A DNA stretch of 64,000 nt, from NCBI GenBank assembly GCA_053919585.1, contig CM132785.1, one strand, 5' to 3'. The stretch's first letter is position 1, and each line of letters begins with the position of its first letter. This DNA comes from Euprymna scolopes (lineage: Eukaryota). This document shows positions 27,231-38,659 of the stretch, piece by piece. Below the pieces are notes generated by a model. That model worked only from the letters and a program-made list of their open reading frames with translations, did no database searches and was not told the DNA's origin. A program made the translations under genes and the position numbers.

Positions 27231-27535
27231 TTAATGCTGAGTTAAACAGCGCTGAGAGAGAAAAGATAACAAAATATCAAGGTCTTATGTACGACATGAA
27301 AAGAAACTGGAATCTTAGGAAGCTTTCCATCATTCCAGGAGCAACTGGACTCATAGAAAAAAATTTAAAAAAATAATGTGGCAAATATACCCGGTGAACC
27401 AAGTACAAGACAGCAAAGCAATTGCAATTAAAGGTAGGTTAGAATCTTAAAACGAGCTCTTGGTTGGAATGTCTAACATCAGGTAGGATGCCCTATCCTC
27501 AGCTCAAACAAAATAAGAAAATTAAAAGTGAAAAA
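27231..27535 (+). mobile_element. Dong/R4-like LINE 3' end (restriction-like endonuclease C-terminus)
   Basis: AEREKITKYQGLMYDMKRNWNLRKLSIIP/GATGLIEKN...NIPGEPS...RILKRAL, followed by the 3' UTR GGTAGGATGC and an A-rich tail. Confidence 0.8.
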
Positions 27536-29106
27536 AAAAGGAAAAGTTTGGGATGCTAACAGAGTTTGAAATCAATACACATTGGCGTTTTTTAGGATAA
27601 GTTGTTTTCTTAGCTAGGTATAGCACAAGATCAAGATAATAGTGGATGCAGTTTTAAGCATATATCAGATTAAAAATTAAATTGTTTTATTAGAGGGATT
27701 AAACCATTAATTATTTTAAATTGATTATTCCTTGATTTCATAAAAAAAAGAGACGCAAACGTAACTGAGTAAAAGAGTCATAGGAGATTCGCACTTTTAA
27801 TTTTCTTAAATCGAAATGATGCAACTATTTTTATTTATTTATTTATGATTTTTTTTTTTTGTAATTCATTTCTGCTTTCCTTGAGAAATAACACCTTTGC
27901 CCAAACAACGGATTCGTTTTCTGTTTTCCTTTCCTTTTCGTCGATAAAAAAAAAGATAAGAAATAGTTTCCATCCAAATCAGATGGAAGCGAGAAACGTT
28001 TTAGAGAACAAGAAAGAATTAATGTTTTTAGTTGTGGTAATGTTATATATGGATTTTTGGAGGAGCCCTCCATTCTATAAAGTCTACACGGAGAGTGGAT
28101 AAGGAGAGGGGATCCCCATATTCATCTATCGTGGCTTCCCACGTTTAATGAACGGTGGATATAGGAGAGTGAGAGAAAAGATGGGGGAGGTTATGTGACT
28201 CTTTTGAGGAGGGGTAGGCGGTAGCAGCATCAGGCGAGTCGAACCTCAGGAGGCTAATAAGACAGCATTATATTTCCATAAAATATGAAATCCATCCCCA
28301 ACCTGGGAATAAAACTAATTTTATTTTCTGGTAATGACATTGTTATTAGGAGAAGCTGTGGTGTTGGTGGTGTTGACGAAATAGAAACATTGGCCAACGA
28401 TTGCAAATGGTGAAGATAGAGGCAAGGGAGAAGGAGTCAGAGAAGGTGAGTCCGGGGATGGAGATAAGGAGGCTGGTGAAGGGTGGAGGCCAAAGAACGA
28501 AAAAGGCGGTGTGTGTGTGTGGGGGGGGGTAAATGTGTAATTGTATGAAGAAAGCCTTGGAAAAAGTGTTGCACCTGGGTGAATCATGACATAAATTAAG
28601 ACATATAAATAAATAAATAAATAAAAATATCTATATGAGACAGAGATGGCAGAAAGCAGGGAGAAAAGATGAGAGAGAGATGAGGGCGGGTTGTAGATGA
28701 GAGAAGATAGAGGGATGGGAAGAGAAGGTAGAGATATAGGAGAAGGAGGAGAGGAAACGAGCATGTCGTGATTATGGGGACCAGTAACGAAATTATAAAA
28801 AGCTCATTTAAACCGGGGGTAATAGACGGCCCCCAAATCAGAGATCATCATAAAATATCGTCTGGCCTTATCGGTTATCCTCCGCACTGCGCGTGCGCGT
28901 GCTTGCACGTGCGTCCGTTTTTTTTTTTTTGTTTTTTGTTTTTTTTTTTGTGTTTGTTTTGTTTTTTCGCGAAGTTGATCGTTATCGGTGGTAAAGGCAT
29001 AGCCATTCCTGGAGAAATTGAAGGGTCGAAGAAATTATGGTAGACACAAACCAGACAAAAAAATAATAGCTGAAATGACGTGTCATCCATCGCCCCTCCC
29101 ATCGCG

Positions 29107-29167
<61 letters not shown>

Positions 29168-29379
29168 TTATGTGTACTGAATATCAAAAGGGGAATTAAT
29201 GGGACTTCCCACCCCGAAAAAATAAACAAAAAGACAAATCTGAAAATGAACAAGTTGTCTCATTGGAATTTGAAAAAGAAAATTTTACTTGCAAAATATC
29301 GACCTATTTTTTTTTAGTACCCTTTTGTTTTTATTTTTCTTATCGATTAATTTTAGTTAGGCAAGGAATAATGCTGATT

Positions 29380-29580
29380 TGGTTGTTTTGTTTTACGGCA
29401 TATCAACCCTTTTAGGATCATCTAATCTCAATCCAGTCATTTTGGTAAAGATTTTATGCTTTAAGTTCTTTATATCTTCACATATTTATCCATCCTGCTT
29501 GGTTTGGTTGATTCGTTTTACAACGTATCAACTCTTCTCAATTTATTTAATGCCGAATACAGTCATTTTGGTAAATGTTT
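29380..29580. repeat. Short dispersed repeat TTTTACGGCATATCAACC...TTTAATGCC family, tandem copies
   Basis: Two adjacent units here; further copies at ~17755-17810 and ~30400-30520. Confidence 0.7.
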
Positions 29581-29633
29581 ACGCCAGGAAGCCGGAAAAT
29601 GAGTTTGGATAATGTCATTAAATGACGCCACAA

Positions 29634-30266
29634 TCTATATCTATATATAATCTATATTTATGCTATAAAAGAGGAAGTGTGTTTGTCAGTCGGTTAGCTA
29701 TAGAAATGCGTGTTAGAAAAACTCAAGTCTTGATAAGAATATTAAAACCATTTTGATATCCTTATGTACTCCCTTAGATTAATTTCAGTTGGGTGTGGAA
29801 TGATAATGTTCCTATTTATTTGCCTCCCCACGAGGGTCGAGTTAAACAAAAGGTCAGTTTTTAATGTGGGGAAAATCCAGCTCCCCCAAAATGGGCATTC
29901 TGGATAGAAACAAAAATTACAATTGCTTCAGACTAACGGATTTCTCCTTCACTGCTCGAGGACAGAAAAAGATGAAGTGTAGTATCAGCCAAAAACGAAC
30001 ATGCTATTAAGATGCGTTGTACTGTTAAAGAGATTTCTTTTGTCTTGTCAATTATAGAAATGTACGTTGGCAGTTAAAATACCCAAACATATCAATAAAA
30101 GTAACAGTTTACAACATCTATCTTAAAAGTTACAAAGTTGAACTTTGGTTTACAATTGGCACAAAATGAGGTGCTTTTGCCAGTTATATCCAAGTCACTA
30201 ACTTCAAAGATTTTAAGCTTCATACAACAAGCAAGTGGTTTAGGCAATGCCGAATGCCACTGCTAG
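29634..30266 (+). mobile_element. Degraded non-autonomous Helitron carrying a ~120-bp repeat at 29810-29930
   Basis: 5' end A|TCTATAT...TATAAAAGAGGAAGTGTGTTTGTC; 3' end GGCAATGCC...GCTAG|T at 30263-30267. Confidence 0.55.
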
Positions 30267-30680
30267 TAAACGAGTAGTGTTGTTTATCAAATCTTAATTA
30301 AAATCAATCTGGTACCAGTTAGCAAAGATATACAAGCCAGTGGGGTAGAAATTTAACGAGAAAGTTAATACTATCGATATAATTAACATTAGAGGTTATT
30401 AGGTTTGGTTTGTTTTGTTTTACGCCATCTTTAAATATTTATTCACACTGTTAGGTTTCGTTTCATGACATATCAACCTTTTCCAGGCTATTTAATGCTA
30501 AATCCAGTCGTTTTCGTAAATAAAAAAAAGCTATTATTCAAGTTTGTTTTTTTTAATTATATATAGATATACATATACTTAGTTATATTTTTGTGAAAAA
30601 AGAATAGCAGAGTGCTCTATTATAAGGAAAAAAAATCTAAATAAGAGCAGAATAGTTATATTTTCAATTTTAAGTAATTT

Positions 30681-30756
30681 AGATAAGCCATCAGTACCAT
30701 CGGTTTCAAACGTGATATTAGGTCCTATTATCAAGCTCTCTTCAGCTGATCTATCT
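30681..30756 (-). ncRNA. Type I hammerhead ribozyme, core intact
   Basis: AGAUAG AUCAG CUGAAGA [GAGCUUGAUAAUAG-GAC-CUAAUAUCACGUUU] GAAA CC-GAU-GG UA^CUGAU GGC UUAUCU. Helix I is AUCAG/CUGAU, helix II is long, helix III is ACC/GGU, and the cleavage triplet is GUA. Predicted cut between + coordinates 30695 and 30694. Confidence 0.75.
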
Positions 30757-30849
30757 CATCTGAGATAGATCGGTTTAAGAGATTGATATTGGGACCTAAA
30801 ACGGTTTCCTAATATCAAGTTTGAAACCGATGGTACCGATGGCTTATCT
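30681..30849. mobile_element. Palindromic double-hammerhead element (Penelope-like family D)
   Basis: The whole segment is a fold-back centred at 30759-30760. The outer 42-bp arms (30681-30722 / 30808-30849) differ at 2 positions, and each half carries an HHR. Confidence 0.8.
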
Positions 30850-31107
30850 TATCTAAACTTCTGAAAATAATGATTATATATATATATATATATATATATT
30901 CATTCATTTTGATTTGATTGTTTTATGGAAAGAATGTTTTTGTTTTAGTCTTTACAAAATATGATTGAGTTTTACAAAGAGAAAGGGAAAACCGTCAATG
31001 TTTGTTGTATTTTAGGTTAGAAAACCGGTATCTTCAGAGAGTCTGATCTAGTTCCACTTATGAATAAACAAAAAGAAAAAAAAGAGGGGATGAAAAAACA
31101 AAACAAA

Positions 31108-31140
<33 letters not shown>

Positions 31141-32069
31141 CACACACACATACTAGAGAGAGGGGGGAGGAACAGAGAATACTTCTATCATGTTTGTTCT
31201 ATTTATAGGGCAGGTAGCGGTTGCACCTATAAATAAAAGAATCCATTCAAATTCGGTTAACAATGCATTAATTATAATCGTGATTATGAACAATAAAGAA
31301 AATTTATGCACATAATATTTTTTTTTACTTAGAAAACTGATCATTTTTTTCTTTAAATGTAGACGCTACCTTGTATATCTTCAGAAGAGGATCGTTCTCA
31401 TGGTTTAATACACTTCAATATATTGATGAGTCTATATGAATTTGTAACCGAGTCGAATCAATTTTGGAAAAGAAATAGAATTTGTGGCATGGATGTTTAC
31501 TATTGCAAAAATGTCAAAAAAATAAATCTCAAATCCCCAAGAAATATTCCCCTTCTTCTTGATTTTTCCTTCGCGTAAAATGATGGGTTTCTAACTCTTG
31601 GGGCATTCCCGAGAATAAACACGCTGTGTCACCATTTTCCTCTTGGAAAGAACCACTATGGATCCAAAGTCCTTTCGGAGATAGCATAAAAAATATTACT
31701 CATGCGAACATCAAAAGACTGCGGTATTTGCTCAGAATAAAACAAATAAACAAAATAGGCGTCTGATGTATGCGTTAAAAAGGTACTATGGTTAAATATA
31801 ACCAGACAAAATGTATCTCTTTCTATATATAAATATTTAATAGTAATAAACGAATAATTATTTTTAACTAAATCGGTCACAATCACTAGTCTACGGTGGT
31901 GTCATTCGAAAAGTCATAAAGTATGACGTATCAAGACATTTTTCTTGCATAAATAAAAATAAATCTCTTTACTTAGCTATTATTATACACAAGTATTATT
32001 TGTTTTTTTTATTATTATTTATTTTTCTATCTGATTTACAATCGTGTTTACGGTATGTACATACATGTA

Positions 32070-32217
32070 CAATGCCGGCAAAAAGAAATTAAAATTATAA
32101 AGAAATAAAAGGTGCATTAAATGACATATAGGTTGTTTAAACAGTTACAGTCAATTTAGCTTAAATTTGCGGTTTTTGAAAAAATGACAAGTGCAGACTT
32201 TCTTTTAGGCGGCACTG
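32070..32217. mobile_element. Tc1/mariner-type MITE (148 bp)
   Basis: TA|CAATGCCGGCAAAAAGAAATT ... ACTTTCTTTTAGGCGGCACTG|TA: ~21-bp imperfect TIRs with TA TSD. Confidence 0.75.
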
Positions 32218-32449
32218 TATAGAAATTAGATGACAAAAAGCCATTGTTTATCATAGAGACTTTAAAAATGTTAGATTTTGAATCAATATAAAAATAGTTC
32301 CTGCTTGAGATAGGCAGATACAAAATCTCCATTATTATTATTTTTTTTACTATTGCGTAGAATGTATGTGCATTATAATAAAACTAAACAATTAGAATCT
32401 ATTCAAACCTGATTTTATAAACAGTGTCGTCCATGTTTTAGTTTGATAT

Positions 32450-32733
32450 ATGTATACCAGCAACATTTACCCTAGGCGGGTTGAATCGGCTTCTTCTTAA
32501 GAAGGAAATTTCATGGGAATATCAAGTTCACAAGCAGCCCCAGTCGTATGTATGTCCCAGTCAGGGGAGATAACGTAGGTAGGCTTTTGAGTTCTGGCAG
32601 TGAGGTGTCGACTTCCTTCTACATACAGCGCTTGATATTCTTAAATGGTCATTCTTGCGGTACTAAACAGGCTAAATGTTGCTTAACTTTGGTGATCTAA
32701 CAAGAACCGCTCTGTTAATGTGATTATGCCGTA
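32450..32733 (-). mobile_element. 5S rRNA-derived SINE, near full length
   Basis: The minus strand starts TACGGCATAATCACATTAACAGAGCGGTTCTTGTTAGATCACCAAAGTTAAGCAAC...AGTACCGC...GAATATCAAGCGCTGTA (5S head), then the GTCGACACC body as in 71-236. Confidence 0.8.
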
Positions 32734-33059
32734 TAAGTATAATATGGATTTATAAAATGAACTGAGCACCGAAAGGTCTGAAACATTTGCTGAACATCAG
32801 AAACTTTGTAAACCAGTTTAATTCGTTTTTAAATAATATTTAAAGTTGAAATGAGTTACTGTTTAATATACGAGATCCCTAAAATGATATAGATCGAAAT
32901 AGCAAAATACAACTAAAAACAAACCAAAAAGCACTTTTCCTCTATTTTTTCATTTTCCTTACACAGGTTCTGTTTCCATTCTTCCCGAAACCTGTTTCTT
33001 TGGTCTGCGGTATTGGTGCTATTCTTCAGCTTTTTAAGAAAGCTGTCATTGCGAATTAC

Positions 33060-33730
33060 TTAATCGGTCATGGCTGATGAGCAAGAGCATGCTACTCACG
33101 TGGATTAAATAAAAGGTTCCAATTCAATTTATTCGGCATAGGTTAAAACATTACATGTTTCGACACCGTTAAGGAGGGTGTGGGAAGAGAGAAAAAAATA
33201 AGGAAAGCAAACAAAGATGGAGGGATGGGCACTGCGAATTTAGAGGGTCAAAAATACACTTGACCAGCACCTGTCCACCTTCGTCTTGAACAGATCCGTG
33301 GTTGGTGCGGTGACAACCTTAAGCGGCAGTCTATTCGAGATGGAAAATACGGCTTTGTATCGGTTTAGCTGAAATCTCTGATGAAACAGCTTCAGGCCGT
33401 GACCTCTCGGTTCACGTTCAAGTGCGGGTGTGAAGAGAAGATCTCGATGGGGCTCGTAATGACTATGTAGGAGGTTATAGGCCAAAATGAAGAAGCTCCT
33501 CAGTCTTCAGCCGCTGTTGTCTCCATTCGAATTCTGTGCAGATTCCCGAGTTTGACAAGGTACACATGAATGAGGTCGGAGGTTACATCGACCGCAACGT
33601 TATGATAGTAACACTCGAGATGAGAACAGTAGTCCGAATAATCCAATCATTTTTGTCGTAAACGATCGGTAGTCAGAGAAATCCAAATAATAGGAATAAT
33701 CAATCCTCATCTAAAAAATTCAGGAACATA
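33060..33730 (+). mobile_element. Penelope-like family B element interrupted by a CR1/L2 insertion
   Basis: 33060-33120 and 33521-33730 join into the sequence seen contiguous at 13005-13180. Degenerate HHR at ~33565-33603; tail ATCAATCCTCATCTAAAAAATTCAG. Confidence 0.8.
33121..33520 (-). mobile_element. 5'-truncated CR1/L2-clade LINE
   Basis: ORF 33240-33485 (...RGHGLKLFHQRFQLNRYKAVFS..NRLPLKVVTAPTTDLFKTKVDRCW) is a CR1/L2 RT C-terminus. Tail AATAAATTGAATTGGA; imperfect TSD TCCA(A)TTC(G)AATT. Confidence 0.85.
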
Positions 33731-35323
33731 ATTGTACTTGGAAATATCTTTTCTCTATAATTGATATATTTTTAAATAAAAAACCAGAGGAAAAGTAAAG
33801 AAATGATTGCAGGATGGTAGGTTCAATGGAGAGTGGTCTACTACCCGTATTCACGTGTAGCACACGTACATATAAAAGTTGATATTTAATACGGAATCAT
33901 CTGGTTGCGTCTGAATCTCCGTATTGTCAACTGTTCTTCGTTTTCCCTTATTATTTTGAGATGCTTAAAATTTCAGAAAATCAAGTCTTAATCTTTTTTT
34001 CGATTCCCCAAACAAAATGAGGTTCATCGCCATATAATCCCCCTCTTCTGTTTTTTTTTTTTTACCATTCACCTCGTTTTTAATTTGTTACATTTTATTT
34101 TTCATTATTCAAACAAGTCGGATACTTTGAACTTGGGTTGCCTTGTTTTATTTCCCCTCTCTCTCCCTCGTTCCCCGCCTCTCACTCTCCCTTCCACTCT
34201 TACAGTCATTTGATGGTATTGCAAACTCTCTCCTTACACTTCCAATTCATCCTTTTCCCGTGTTAAGAGTAAGATAAGGATAATGAGACAGGTAACCATG
34301 GAAATGTACAATACCTGCTGATAGCTAGAAGCTGGATGATGCATACAAGGAAGGAACACGCCCTCCCCTCATCCAAGAGCCAGTGAAAAGAAAGTCTCTG
34401 GCTGGCAAAAACACAGAGGTCCACGTTTGGTTCGGGAGGGGGAAATGAAGAAGGTGGGGTTCCTTCTATTTTTTTTTTCCTATCCTTTATTAAATTGGAG
34501 ATGGGAGAGATGAGGACATGGGTATGGATTAGAAAGAGGTGTGTGAGAATGCAACCATCATAGACATCACATGCAACACGTGCAATGCCTGCAGCAGAAA
34601 TTGACAAATTGGGGTGAGCAGGGACACACCAGTAGATTGAAAAGAAAAATGAATAAATATATGAACATTGTATTTCAAAAATAGGACAAGCTTAAAAAAA
34701 TATATATTCATAGTTCAAGAAAAAAAAATTACATTTCCTGTCAGATCAGACACATTCATTTATTTATTTTTTTTTTTAAATCTTAAAAAAAAAAAAAAAA
34801 AACTCACTGCATTTTGTGACGCAAAAAAGTGTTTGCGCATGACAGTAAAACTGCGTGCATAATACACCAAAACATAGCTATCTGGCAAAAAACCTTCTGG
34901 TAATCACATCGTCATATTTGACAGATAAACGCATTTTCCGGATGATGCAAACCTGGGACGCATCAGAGAAATGTGTATATAATAATAATCTAATATATAA
35001 AGTAAAGTCAGTTTCCCCCTTACATTCGTACTTGATAGCTTGCTTAAGTGTGTTTAGTTGGATACGCAATGTGTTGTTAGGAACAAAAATTTCCAACTCT
35101 TATTAATTTTATGATCAAATTTAGAAGTAAAACTTACTATGCCAAGTTATCTCCCCTCCCACTTGACTCAGAATTTCCGGGTAAAAAAATTGATAAAACA
35201 CATAATTCGCTATACTACTATTTTACTAATATTTATTTCATTTTATTTATTATAACTGATAAAATGATCGGCTTAGGCATATATTACTATTAATACTAAC
35301 TCTTGATTAAATATTAAAATTTA

Positions 35324-35849
35324 TAGGGTGTTTTTTAGAAGCAGCGAACTCTAAATTACAATAAATCACAGAAAACTATCTTTATCATACAAATATGTAG
35401 TTTATTTCTAAATTAACTTTTGGCATTTAGAATTTAAACACAATTTCAGGCATATGGTTCTAGAGGTCTAATTTTCACAAATTGTACTCATTAAATTAGA
35501 CTGTATTTAAACAATAACGCATCGAATGCTGTCTTAAGTAGTCTACTTTGTCTGATTTATCAGTGTACACATATGACTTTGCATATCTTTCAAAGAAATT
35601 AGGTCATGGGGTTAAATGGCATGAACGAAGTGGCTATTTGGCGGATCCATTTCGTGAAACTATTCGTTCATCGAGTGTTTCTTACAGTAAATTGAGCATA
35701 TCATTTGCAATTTGAAAATGCTGCTCACTTGTCAGTTCCTTCATGATGAATTGCCAAACCCAGCTGAACTCGAAATAACCGATAGTTGCCAAATCTGCAA
35801 TTAAAGTAGAGGTTGATTTATAGTTTGCTATCTCTAAGCAAACACCCTA
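35324..35849 (-). mobile_element. Internally deleted DD41D/rosa-like (Tc1/mariner superfamily) transposon
   Basis: TA|TAGGGTGTTTT ... AAACACCCTA|TA TIRs. Minus-strand remnants: MKELTSEQHFQI (N-terminus), *PLRSCHLTP (WPPRSCDLTP motif), YAKSYVYTDKS and HMPEIVFKF* (C-terminus). Confidence 0.8.
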
Positions 35850-35854
35850 TATTT

Positions 35855-36240
35855 TACGTCATGAGCCTGTCTCTGCTCTATCGCTATTTTCATGGAAAGT
35901 GCTCGACATGGTCCCCCCTTGCCAAACTTTTACAAAAAAACATGCGACTAGCTAAAACCATTTTATATGATTTCCCCACTCTCTATCTGTTTCTAAATGT
36001 AAACACAGATTCCACAAACAAAGCTTCTTTCCCAGAACTGCTCGCCTTTAGAACACTGTCCTGCTGGCATGCTTACCGGTTGAATACAACATGGTAGCCT
36101 TCAAATCCATTGTAGACAAGTTCCTGTTATGCCGTCCTCATAAATTCTACTCAATTTACACCAAAAGTGATTACTACACCACCATCTTCTTTGAGTGGCT
36201 TTCGCCACCCGCACCCCCACCCGACAAAATAAAAAACATT
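35855..36240 (+). mobile_element. CR1/Zenon-like LINE 3' fragment
   Basis: VMSLSLLYRYFHGKCS, then AAAGCTTCTTTCCCAGAACTGC and the 3' UTR GAGTGGCTTT. Confidence 0.8.
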
Positions 36241-36500
36241 GCATGTGAACAGCAGTTTTTATAAGGAACATAAAATGTAATGTAACTATTTTGTTATAAA
36301 TTGATCACTTAAACTGAATATTTTAATTATCCTCAATTACAACGAACCCAGAAAAGAGCAATATTTCCTTTCAAAAATTATTTTAAAATATTAAGATTTA
36401 TTCACTTTTTCCTGTCAGTAAAACATGAATTTCACCTATATATTCTATCGTACTTTTAACATGTCTTGTATACAAACTAGTGCTGAAACGTGACATAAAA

Positions 36501-36917
36501 CAGGGGTTTCCAAAGATCAGGACACAATGGAGCCTCTGAGCATAGAAAAGGGGTTTCACAGTGTACTAATAAGATAATTTTAAAAATAAATATGAAAAAC
36601 ATTAATTTCAAATTTTAACACTAACTAATGATTTTTGGGTTCCTTGACTTAAGGCTTAAGCGAAAGGAAGAAACCACAAAAGTATTGACAAATTTGCTTC
36701 TTTGTTGGATGTTGGAGATAGGAGTAATGAAACTCTTTACACCTGTAGTCATGTATCATATCTTTTTCCGATAATTTTTTCAATAATTAAATGTCTGCTA
36801 CCATTAAGTTTTCCAAATAAAGCATTTGGTCCTCTTTAAGAAGGGATTTCCGGAGCCCTCAGCCTCACTCACGGAGCCCTTCAGCCTAACTCACGGAGCC
36901 CACTTTGGGAAACCCTG
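36501..36917. mobile_element. hAT-superfamily MITE (417 bp)
   Basis: TIRs CAGGGGTTTCCAAAG / CTTTGGGAAACCCTG; perfect 8-bp TSD ACATAAAA at 36493-36500 and 36918-36925; subterminal GGAGCCC repeats. Confidence 0.9.
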
Positions 36918-37469
36918 ACATAAAAGATAAAGAAAATTTGAAAGATATTTTTGTTATTATTATCAATTCTTTACGAATATCTTCACATTGTTAGCAAATT
37001 CCTCTGAACACTTCAACTGACACTAGGTAATCAGTGCCACCTTTAAAAAAAAGTGCTATCTATAATTTTTAGCGCCACATGATTGATAACAGAACTCAGA
37101 TGATGGTTGCTCCGTTGTATCAACATGTGTATAGATTCGCGGATTATACTGAATTACTTGCTAAAAACATTTTCACGCGTGCATTAAAAAAAAATTCTGT
37201 GGGTAGGTTTCGCCATCTTTTCACATACAGAATCTATCAAATTATTCCCAAATTATTAGACATTTTGATGAACCAGATCTAACCAGAACTGGTGTTGCGT
37301 ATCTAAAAATTTTTGATTCTGAAAATCCCCCTCAAGTGAGAAAACAGCAACAATAAATTTGGCAACGTATTTTAAATGAAAAATTTGTCTGAATTTTAAT
37401 CAAGTTAAAATGCAGATAGACTTTATCATAACTTTAATTCATCCATTCTATATCTAGGCCACGTGTTAG

Positions 37470-37900
37470 GGGAAAAAAGAGAAAGGTGAGAGAAAGAGAA
37501 ATAAAGGGAGGGAAAGAGAGAGAAAAAGAGAGAGAAAAGAAGGAGGGAAAGATAAAGGGATAGAAAAAGAGAAAGGAGTATTCCTTCATCCTATACATAG
37601 GCAATTGGCGAGAAAAAGAGAAAAATAGTGAAAGAAAGAAAGGAAAGAGAAAAATATGAAAGGAAGAAGAAAGAAAAGAATATAGAGAAAGAGAAATAAA
37701 TGAAACAAAGAAAGGAAAAAGAGAAAGAAAGAGTGAAGAGGAAGGAGAAGAAAAAAGAGAAAGAAAGAGATAAGGGAATGAAGATAGAGAAAGATGGGAG
37801 AAAAATAAAAGAAAATGAAATAAAAAAGATAGAGAAAGAGGGAGTGGAAGAAGAAAAAGAGAAAAGGAAAGAAAAAAGATAAAAATAGAAAGAAACAAAG
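37470..37900 (+). repeat. Purine-rich low-complexity tract
   Basis: A/G-dominated + strand. Confidence 0.9.
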
Positions 37901-38139
37901 GCGGTGCTTGTGCCAGTTGTAAAAATTATTCAATGAAATTTCTTAACATGCCCGTCAACCCTTCCCATAACCTGTCAGATGACACACATTGAAATCCTTA
38001 AAGTAGTGGAGACGCATAGAGACAAAAATTAAAAAAAAAAAAATCGTTTTTATTTTCTTTTTTATTTTGAGCCAGCAAAATTCTCAATTTTAATTAGTTG
38101 TACGCTAGTAAAGCTGAATCAGGAATACCAGTAATTCTA

Positions 38140-38640
38140 CAAAGCCGCCAATTAAAACTTATAGATAAAGCTACACAGTACGCTGTAATACTGCATCAAA
38201 CACATGCACGTGCATTGTCGCAGTCATGCGCTGTGTGCTAAGAAATAATTAGTTTTTATACTGTTTTTATATGATAAGAATCATAAACATCTTTTAGTAA
38301 TGGTTAGCTGGAAACAAGCGAGTGCATCAGCGCCGACTTACAGGTTCGCTTTATAAAAGACTCGACTAGGTCGTTGTCGACGACATCTTTTCGTATTTCT
38401 TCATATACTGCTACAATAATGATCACATAGTTGACAAGCTGATCCACTGCCAGCATCAGCATCACCAACGCGTATAGGTATTGGGTGGAGGCGACTACCA
38501 AGAACCGGTGTCTCACGTCGTCATATTGGCAGTTCCTGCGGTCTCCTTTTCTTTCTACGATTTCATTAGGTTTTCTAGAAAACTGACAAGGGAATGAACC
38601 TTTGCAGCAGCAGAAGCAGTGACAACGTTAATATTTATTC
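38140..38640. other. Unique GC/CpG-richer island: candidate exon (-) or TATA promoter (+)
   Basis: Minus strand: TTTTCTAG| acceptor at 38575 and |GTAAGT donor at 38341 flank a 233-nt segment with one stop-free frame. Plus strand: CCAAT at 38148, CACGTG at ~38207, TATAAAAG at 38352. Confidence 0.35.
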
Positions 38641-38659
38641 TTTGTCATTTGAAGTCTGA

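Noticed and set aside
38341-38390. TCGTTGTCGACGA matches, from memory, 13 nt of miR-981/miR-76 including the seed
   Set aside because: The 3' end diverges and the upstream arm does not form a pre-miRNA stem; likely chance.
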